From contig CBDUQI010000006.1 of assembly GCA_965369325.1 (NCBI GenBank), positions 1,581 to 65,580 on the forward strand: 64,000 nt of DNA, given 5' to 3'. The stretch comes from an uncultured Gammaproteobacteria bacterium. Its GTDB lineage: Bacteria; Pseudomonadota; Gammaproteobacteria; Steroidobacterales; JBCBZW01. Shown in pieces: positions 57,883 through 64,000 of this stretch. The notes beneath the pieces were generated by a model. It saw only the letters and a list, made by a program, of their open reading frames with translations. It did no database searches and was not told the DNA's origin. Position 1 is the stretch's first letter. Every line of letters begins with the position of its first letter. The position numbers and the translations under genes were made by a program.

Positions 57883-58533
57883 GTGTCGATCGGGGTATTG
57901 GAGTGGCGAAGACTCGCCTGGCAGCCTGCGGAGAGCTCGCCAGCGGCAGACAAATTGGCCGAGACAGCCGCCCGGTTGGCCGCCAGAATTGGCGAAGGTG
58001 ATCGCAGCGCCGAAGCGCACCTGTTTGAGCTATACGCGCATGGCCTGCGGTTGATGCTTGAGCGGCGTACCGGCGACCACGAACTGGCCAACGATCTGGC
58101 TCAAGACACGTTTGTGGTGCTGATCGAGCGCCTGCGTTCCAAGCCGCTGGACGACCCACGTCGCCTGAGTGCGTTCCTGCACAGCACCGCGCGCAACATC
58201 CTGGTTGCCTGGCAACGCAAACAAATCAGGCGACGTACGGACACCAATTCTGATATCGTTGGGCGCCATGAGGACAGCTCACCTAACCAGTATGAGTTGG
58301 TGCGGGCAGAGCAGACCAAACAGCTGGTCACCCGTCTGATTGACGAACTGGCAAACGACCGCGACCGCGCTATCCTCTTTCGTTACTACATCTTAGATCA
58401 GGACAAACCCGTGATCCGAGCCGACCTAGCCCTCTCGGAGTTGCACTTTAATCGTGTGCTGTATCGGGCACGGGTACGGATGAGAACTTTGTTAGAGGCC
58501 ACCACTGAGTGGCGCAGCTCGCTCGGACCGTGA
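57883..58533 (+). CDS. ECF RNA polymerase sigma factor
   Basis: Region 2 'GDRSAEAHLFELY...ANDLAQDTF...AFLHSTARN'; region 4 'DRAILFRYY..DQDK..I..DL.LSELHFNRVLYRAR.R'; start uncertain. Confidence 0.88.
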   Translation: MSIGVLEWRRLAWQPAESSPAADKLAETAARLAARIGEGDRSAEAHLFELYAHGLRLMLERRTGDHELANDLAQDTFVVLIERLRSKPLDDPRRLSAFLHSTARNILVAWQRKQIRRRTDTNSDIVGRHEDSSPNQYELVRAEQTKQLVTRLIDELANDRDRAILFRYYILDQDKPVIRADLALSELHFNRVLYRARVRMRTLLEATTEWRSSLGP

Positions 58534-58632
58534 CAATTGTTCATCAAATATGTCGCCTGTTTAAGTGGGATCAAGCGCATATTGGTGACAGTTAGCCCTT
58601 AGTCGCTTCTTACTTATTTTAGCAATACCCAA

Positions 58633-59394
58633 ATGGTGTCGTTGGAGGCAGCATTGGATCGGGAATTCATTGACGCCAACCAGATAGTGGAACGCTATCT
58701 TCTCGATCGCCTGTCTGGCGAGCAGATAGACGCGTTCGAGCGCGCGATGCTGGCCGATCCGGATTTGCGATTGGAGCTGGAGGCCGCTCGGGAACTGATG
58801 CTTGGACTGCGGGCGGCCAATATGGATGGCATGTTTGATGCGCTCGCGCTGGATACCGATCCGCAGGACGTCGGCGTGCCAGGCCCATCATCGCCGGCAC
58901 GGCTGGCGGCTACCGACGTGCAGCCGCCTCGCCTGCGCCGCATCGCGACGCAGTGGCCGATCCTGGCCAGCGCAGCGGCAATGCTTGGCGCGATTGGGCT
59001 TGCGCTCAGTCAAAACTCGCAACTCACCGAGTTGCAGCGGCAACTGGACAGCCTTAGTGCGCGGGGGGCGACCAGCACACTGCTTGTGCCGCTGCCGCGC
59101 ACGCGCAGTACCGAAGGGGTAACTACCCAGGTCTACGCCAGCTCCAAAGAGCAGCTGCTGACACTGCTGCCGGAGGTGCCGCAAATGGAATTTGAATTGA
59201 TCCAGTACGAGTTACTCAGCGCGTCGCAGAATCTCCTGCTAAGCGCCCGCTTCGCGGCCAACAGTGCCCCCAACATCACCATTCCGGCAGCCCAACTGGC
59301 CTCCTCGCAGCACATCCAGTTGCGCCTGACGGGAATCAATGGCGCCCAGCACACCGACCTTGGCCGCTACCGATTCGTGGTCCACCTGCCCTAG
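58633..59394 (+). CDS. Putative single-pass membrane anti-sigma factor
   Basis: N-terminal 'IVERYLLDRLS.EQ..AFE..ML.DP.L..ELE' (anti-sigma-domain-like, lacking HxxxCxxC); TM 'WPILASAAAMLGAIGLAL'; coiled coil; C-terminal beta domain; lies directly after the ECF gene. Confidence 0.65.
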   Translation: MVSLEAALDREFIDANQIVERYLLDRLSGEQIDAFERAMLADPDLRLELEAARELMLGLRAANMDGMFDALALDTDPQDVGVPGPSSPARLAATDVQPPRLRRIATQWPILASAAAMLGAIGLALSQNSQLTELQRQLDSLSARGATSTLLVPLPRTRSTEGVTTQVYASSKEQLLTLLPEVPQMEFELIQYELLSASQNLLLSARFAANSAPNITIPAAQLASSQHIQLRLTGINGAQHTDLGRYRFVVHLP

Positions 59395-59428
59395 CCGGCG
59401 CCCGCCAGTCCCAGGCAAAGGGCTAGCG

Positions 59429-61750
59429 CTAGGGGGCCAGATGCATCTCAAAGAAGCGCTCGATGCTTCGGTAGCCGTGAATACCGCTGCTGCGGTGGCG
59501 CAACATGCCGTGTTTGCTGCCGGGGTAGGTCATCAGATCAAATGTAAGCCCCTCCTCCTGCAGCGCTTTCATCAAAGCGGTGCTGTGTGAGAACAGCACG
59601 TTGTCGTCGGCCATGCCGTGAATCAGCAACAACGGTCCCTGCAACTGATCGTGGTAGCTGAGCACACTCGCCCTATCGTAAGCCTCGCCGTTGCTACGCG
59701 GGTCGCCCATGTAGCGCTCGGTATAGTGGGTGTCGTACAGGCGCCAGTCAGTCACGGGTGCGCCGGACACGCCAGCAGCAAAATGCTCGGGTGCCTGCAT
59801 CATGCACATCAGCGCCATATACCCACCGTAGCTCCAGCCGAACACACCAATACGTTCACCGTCCACGTACGGCAAGGTACGCAGGAACTCCACGCCCTTC
59901 ACCTGATCACGCACTTCCGACTGTCCCATGCGATGGTAGATGGGCGCATCGAACTGCCTGCCGCGGAAACTGGTGCCGCGGTTATCCAATGTAAATACCA
60001 CATAGCCACGCTGGGCCAGATACTGGCGCCAGCCGCCATCGCTGGTACGCGGGTACCCGGACCAGATGTTCTTCACCTTCTGCCCGTGCGGGCCGCCGTA
60101 AACATCCACAATCACCGGATACTTCCGGCTAGGATCGAAGTTGTGCGGTCTCACCAGACGGTAGTACATAGGCTGACCATCCTCGGCACCTAACTGGCCG
60201 AACTGTTCATGCGAATGCGCCTGCCAGTAGGGCCAGTACGGATGCCCTTCCTGCAGAGCGTTCTCCTGCAGCCAGGTAATACGCTTGCCATTCATGCCAT
60301 GCACGCTCACCTGCGGGGGCGTGCGGCTGTTGGAAAACAGATCCACATACACCTGTGCATTATCCGATAGCGTAATGTCGTGCCAGCCGGCCCGCTGAGT
60401 CAGTTTTTTCATGCCGTTGCCGCGGCGCGCGCCCAGAGCTACCGAATACAGGTGCCGCTCCATGGCGCTGTCGAGCGTGCCCTGGAAGTACACCAACCCT
60501 TTGGCCTCATCCGCACCGAGCAGGCCTTTGCCGCGCCCGGCACTGGCAACCACCCAGTTGCCCGCTGTGAGCTGCCCCTGCGGTTCGCCGTCGTTGCCGT
60601 ACAAATACAGGTGTTTGTAGCCGTTGCGACTTGAGGCCCAGATGAAACTGTCGCGCTTGCGTAGGAACAACAGATCATCATGCAGATCAATCCAGGTGTC
60701 GGACTCTTCGGAAAACAACAGCCGACTCTCGCCCGTACGCACATCCGCCTTCAGCAGGTCCAGACGCTTTTGGTCGCGGCTTTGGCGTTGCACCAGTAGA
60801 TGGTGACCATCCGGAAACCAATCCACCCGCGCGATGTAGACGTCCTTCTCGGCACCAAGGTCTATCCACCGGGGCGAGCCGCCAGAGACGTCCACCACAC
60901 CCAACTGTATTGTGACGTTGTTGGTGCCGGCGGCCGGATAACGCTGCTCAAATACGGAGAACTCTGTCGCATAAATTTCGAACCGTCGCGCGAGTTGTAC
61001 CTGACTGTCGTCGGTACGGGTGAAGGCGATGAGCTGCTCATCCGGCGACCACCAATAACCAGTGTCGCGGCCCATTTCCTCCTGCGCGATAAACTCAGCC
61101 ATAGCGTTGCGCACCGGCCCCGCGCCATCCGTCGTTAGCGCGCGTATTTCGCCGCCTTTGCCCGGCACCACGTATAGATTCTGTCCGCGCACAAACGACA
61201 CCCAGGTGCCGGCCGGCGAGAATCGCGCATCGGTTTCGCTCAGGTTATCGTCGGTGAGCCGACGCACCGCCGAACCGGCCTTGGCGTGCAAATCGTACAC
61301 ATACAAATCCCCACCCAGCGGGAACAGCAAGGACCTGCCATCCTGCGAGAAGTAGTACTCCACAATCCCGGTGTGCGAGGAGATGCGCTTGCGCTCGCGA
61401 CGTGCCTTTTCCTCATCGGACAAGGCTACCGCCTTGGGTTGCAGCACCCGCGAGTCCACCAACACGCGTGATTGGTCACGCTCGATGTTGTACTCCCACA
61501 AATCATATCGGAAGCGATCCTGCTCGGAGGCGCGCAGGAAGGTAATACGCTGCCCGTCAGGGGCGACTTTAAGCAGCCGCATGCCGGGGCCGGCCAGATC
61601 CGGCTCGGCGAATAATCGCTCGATGGTGAGTTGAGCCGACGCTGCCTCCGTCGCTGCCTGCGCCAACCCCACAGTACCCGCCAACAGCAATGCCAGAACA
61701 ACGCTCGGCAATATCCGGCAACCAAGTGTGCTCGAGGTTATCTGCAACAT
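59429..61750 (-). CDS. S9B dipeptidyl peptidase IV family protein
   Basis: Signal peptide, 'EFIAQEEM', 'GYWWSPD', nucleophile 'GWSYGG', 'HGMADDNV' and 'YPGSKHG'. Confidence 0.93.
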   Translation of the reverse strand: MLQITSSTLGCRILPSVVLALLLAGTVGLAQAATEAASAQLTIERLFAEPDLAGPGMRLLKVAPDGQRITFLRASEQDRFRYDLWEYNIERDQSRVLVDSRVLQPKAVALSDEEKARRERKRISSHTGIVEYYFSQDGRSLLFPLGGDLYVYDLHAKAGSAVRRLTDDNLSETDARFSPAGTWVSFVRGQNLYVVPGKGGEIRALTTDGAGPVRNAMAEFIAQEEMGRDTGYWWSPDEQLIAFTRTDDSQVQLARRFEIYATEFSVFEQRYPAAGTNNVTIQLGVVDVSGGSPRWIDLGAEKDVYIARVDWFPDGHHLLVQRQSRDQKRLDLLKADVRTGESRLLFSEESDTWIDLHDDLLFLRKRDSFIWASSRNGYKHLYLYGNDGEPQGQLTAGNWVVASAGRGKGLLGADEAKGLVYFQGTLDSAMERHLYSVALGARRGNGMKKLTQRAGWHDITLSDNAQVYVDLFSNSRTPPQVSVHGMNGKRITWLQENALQEGHPYWPYWQAHSHEQFGQLGAEDGQPMYYRLVRPHNFDPSRKYPVIVDVYGGPHGQKVKNIWSGYPRTSDGGWRQYLAQRGYVVFTLDNRGTSFRGRQFDAPIYHRMGQSEVRDQVKGVEFLRTLPYVDGERIGVFGWSYGGYMALMCMMQAPEHFAAGVSGAPVTDWRLYDTHYTERYMGDPRSNGEAYDRASVLSYHDQLQGPLLLIHGMADDNVLFSHSTALMKALQEEGLTFDLMTYPGSKHGMLRHRSSGIHGYRSIERFFEMHLAP

Positions 61751-61752
61751 CT

Positions 61753-63801
61753 TTATCCCACCTGGCGCAGGTAAAGGCGCGCCCGACCGAGTGCCATCAA
61801 CGGAAAGTAGTGACGGTAAAGGTTGTAATTGATCATAAATCCACGTCCCAATTCGACACTTTGCTGAAGGTTTTCTTCCAAGTTCTGATCACCCAAATCC
61901 ACCCGTTCGCCGACACCGTAACCGGGGAATCCTGCACCGGTGTAATGCGGCTCCTCCCAGGTGCCATCGCGCTGGCCGCTGAGCAAAAAAGCGGTGCCTC
62001 GCTCGATCGCGGAACGATAGGCAGGATCATTGGTGGCAGTGAGTGCCATCAACGCCCAGGCGGTCTGCGAGGGAGTACTTTCGCCCTGCCCGCGCAGTTT
62101 GGGATCCATGTACGATGCACAACTCTCGCCCCAGCCGCCATTGGTTGCCTGTGTGCGCGCCAACCAGTCCGCCGCGCGCCGCACATAATCGCTGGACATG
62201 TCCTCGCCGATCAGATTCAGCGCCGGCAGCACGGCGGCCGTGCCGTAAATGTGGTTGACGCCCCACCGGCCAAACCAGCTGCCATCGGGTTCTTGCTCCT
62301 GGCGCACGAATTTCAGCGCCTTGGCCACCGCTTTGTGCTTGGGGCTGAACCCCAGCAAACCCAACGCTTCGAGTACGTGCGCTGTCACGTCCACCGACGG
62401 CGGGTCAAGCACCTCGCCAAAGTCACAAAACGGCAGCTTGGTGAGAATGGCCTTGTTGTTGTCTTTATCAAACGCGGCCCAGCCACCATTCCTGGACTGC
62501 ATAGCCAGGGTCCAGCCAATCGCGGCATCAATGGCGGCCTCCAGTCGCTGGCTGTCCGGGTAGGTATTGCGCAAACGTGCCAGCACAATCAATGCGACGG
62601 CAGTATCGTCTATGTCCGGGTAGTAGGCATTGGCGCGCTCGAACGCCCAGCCGCCCGGTTGCACATTCGGCAGCTTCACCGACCAGTCGCCCGGCACCGT
62701 TACCTGACGATCCAAAATCCAGTCGACCGCGCGACGCATGCTGGGTGAGTTGTTGATATCCACGCCGCTATCCAACATACCCATCAGGCACAACAACGTG
62801 TCCCACACCGGTGATTCGCTGGCCTGCACATAGGTAGCGCCATCGCGTTGATAAGACCAGTGCGAATCCAGTGCCGCCAACCCGCGTGCCAGCACCGGAT
62901 GAGAAAGCGCATGCCCCTCGCAGTACAGCGCCATGAGGCTATAAATCCACGGCGGCTGGATGCCGCCCCATGCGCCATCCTCATCCTGGTGTTTCACCAC
63001 CCACTCCAGTACCAGCCGCACCGCGGCACGCCGCCCCGGCGTTATCCCAAGTCTCTGGTATTGATGCAGCGCTTTATCCGCTTTTAAGAACAGATTGCGC
63101 CAGGAGGCTGACTGGGCGCCCGACATACGATAGTCGAAGTTGTTCCGACCCTCGGGAAACAGCTCATCCAGGCGTGATTCACGGGGCAGCGGGCGCGAGG
63201 CGCGACGGGCGCACAGCACCGTCAGCGGCAACATCGTCGCGCGCGCCCAGGAGGCGAAGTTGTAAATGTTGAACGGGAACCAGCGCGGCAGAAAAATAAT
63301 CTCCGGCGGCAGATTAGGCGTTTGCTCCCACGGCCATTCCTCCAGCAACGCCAGCCAGTAGCGGGTAAAGACCCGGATACGGCCAAGCCCACCGTTGGCA
63401 AAAATCCACTCTCGCGCACGCACCAGACGCGGCTCGTCCGGGGCCATACCGGTCGCTCTGAGCGCCGCATATGACTCAACAGTTACGTTGATATCCCCAT
63501 GCGGTGCGTTGTAGTAGGTCTCCCACGAGCCGTCATCGCGCTGCTCTTTGAGCAGAGCGCGAATTAACCCCTCACGCTTTTGCGGATCGTCATACTGCAT
63601 GAAGTGCATGGCCAGCAGCCACTCCGCCTCCATGCAGGAGTTCGACTCCAGTTTACCAACCCAGAAGCCCTCAGCCTCCTGCTCCTGATCAAGCCAGTTC
63701 AGCGCACCGGCGATGCAACGCTCCACCACCTCGTCCTGCGGCGGCGCAGACGGTTTGTGCTCGGGCGTCGCGCCCGCGCGGTTGATCGAATCCTCCAACA
63801 C
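61753..63801 (-). CDS. shc: Squalene-hopene cyclase
   Basis: 'SPVWDT', catalytic 'YYPDIDDTAV', QW repeats 'Q..DGSW', 'GRWGVN..YGT' and 'GFPG'. Confidence 0.95.
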   Translation of the reverse strand: MLEDSINRAGATPEHKPSAPPQDEVVERCIAGALNWLDQEQEAEGFWVGKLESNSCMEAEWLLAMHFMQYDDPQKREGLIRALLKEQRDDGSWETYYNAPHGDINVTVESYAALRATGMAPDEPRLVRAREWIFANGGLGRIRVFTRYWLALLEEWPWEQTPNLPPEIIFLPRWFPFNIYNFASWARATMLPLTVLCARRASRPLPRESRLDELFPEGRNNFDYRMSGAQSASWRNLFLKADKALHQYQRLGITPGRRAAVRLVLEWVVKHQDEDGAWGGIQPPWIYSLMALYCEGHALSHPVLARGLAALDSHWSYQRDGATYVQASESPVWDTLLCLMGMLDSGVDINNSPSMRRAVDWILDRQVTVPGDWSVKLPNVQPGGWAFERANAYYPDIDDTAVALIVLARLRNTYPDSQRLEAAIDAAIGWTLAMQSRNGGWAAFDKDNNKAILTKLPFCDFGEVLDPPSVDVTAHVLEALGLLGFSPKHKAVAKALKFVRQEQEPDGSWFGRWGVNHIYGTAAVLPALNLIGEDMSSDYVRRAADWLARTQATNGGWGESCASYMDPKLRGQGESTPSQTAWALMALTATNDPAYRSAIERGTAFLLSGQRDGTWEEPHYTGAGFPGYGVGERVDLGDQNLEENLQQSVELGRGFMINYNLYRHYFPLMALGRARLYLRQVG

Positions 63802-63896
63802 TCTTGCCTACCTTTTCTCGGGTGCCACGCAGCCAGCAGCCACCGCTGCCCCGTTTGTTCTCGCCGCGCCGAATCCCCAGATCGCGCGGACTTCCA

Positions 63897-64000
63897 TCAG
63901 CATCCCAGCAGTGTTTTCAGCTGATATAAATCGCTCACTTGCGCCGTCGGCGCCTGGCCCTCGTTCGACCAGTTGTGTGCCTGGCGGTTAAACCAAATTG
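63897..64000 (-). CDS. C-terminal fragment of a probable HAD-superfamily hydrolase (truncated by the window edge)
   Basis: Minus frame from 63998 reads 'IWFNRQAHNWSNEGQAPTAQVSDLYQLKTLLGC*', which resembles YigB/YjjG-type C-termini. Confidence 0.5.
   Translation of the reverse strand, partial: IWFNRQAHNWSNEGQAPTAQVSDLYQLKTLLGC

Noticed and set aside
10944-58597. Near-identical 13-mers GTAACAGTTAGCC (10944) and GTGACAGTTAGCC (58585) as a shared ECF promoter
   Set aside because: A 12/13 match between intergenic regions is expected by chance, and there is no shared -10 element at a matching spacing.
53400-59400. CRISPR array or type III-E Cas genes linked to the TPR-CHAT and sigma genes
   Set aside because: No regularly spaced direct repeats and no Cas7-11-like ORF were seen.

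Overview
This is a GC-rich, gene-dense bacterial chromosomal segment. Gene content (hexR, hut genes, mtgA, GT9, ghrA) suggests a free-living gammaproteobacterium; this is an inference. I found one tRNA-Thr(UGU) and about 42 CDSs, and no rRNA, CRISPR array, integrase or transposase. Housekeeping and metabolic blocks are hexR with two operators, Fur-boxed feoAB, betC, GDPD-DASS-mtgA, a hutH/F/I/C/U cluster with a HutC operator, and shc-dpp4. Accessory content is rich in signalling genes (three GGDEF proteins, a beta-propeller sensor kinase, a Ser/Thr kinase-TPR) and in secreted beta-propeller proteins (FG-GAP/CRTAC1, two divergent VPS10-like paralogs). The best candidate for an undescribed system is at 53.4-59.4 kb. 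It comprises a structured RNA-like leader whose hairpin loop is complementary to the 5' arm of a terminator, an apparently exported TPR-CHAT caspase-like protease with an intact His/Cys dyad, a small unknown protein, an ECF sigma factor and a membrane anti-sigma-like protein. Other highlights are a shared TSP3-dockerin-'PGPS' C-terminal tail on two different secreted proteins, an FG-GAP gene interrupted by a single in-frame TAG, and a heme-b membrane protein plus tetraheme cytochrome c3 pair behind hutU. All product calls come from motif recognition by eye; no database searches were run.
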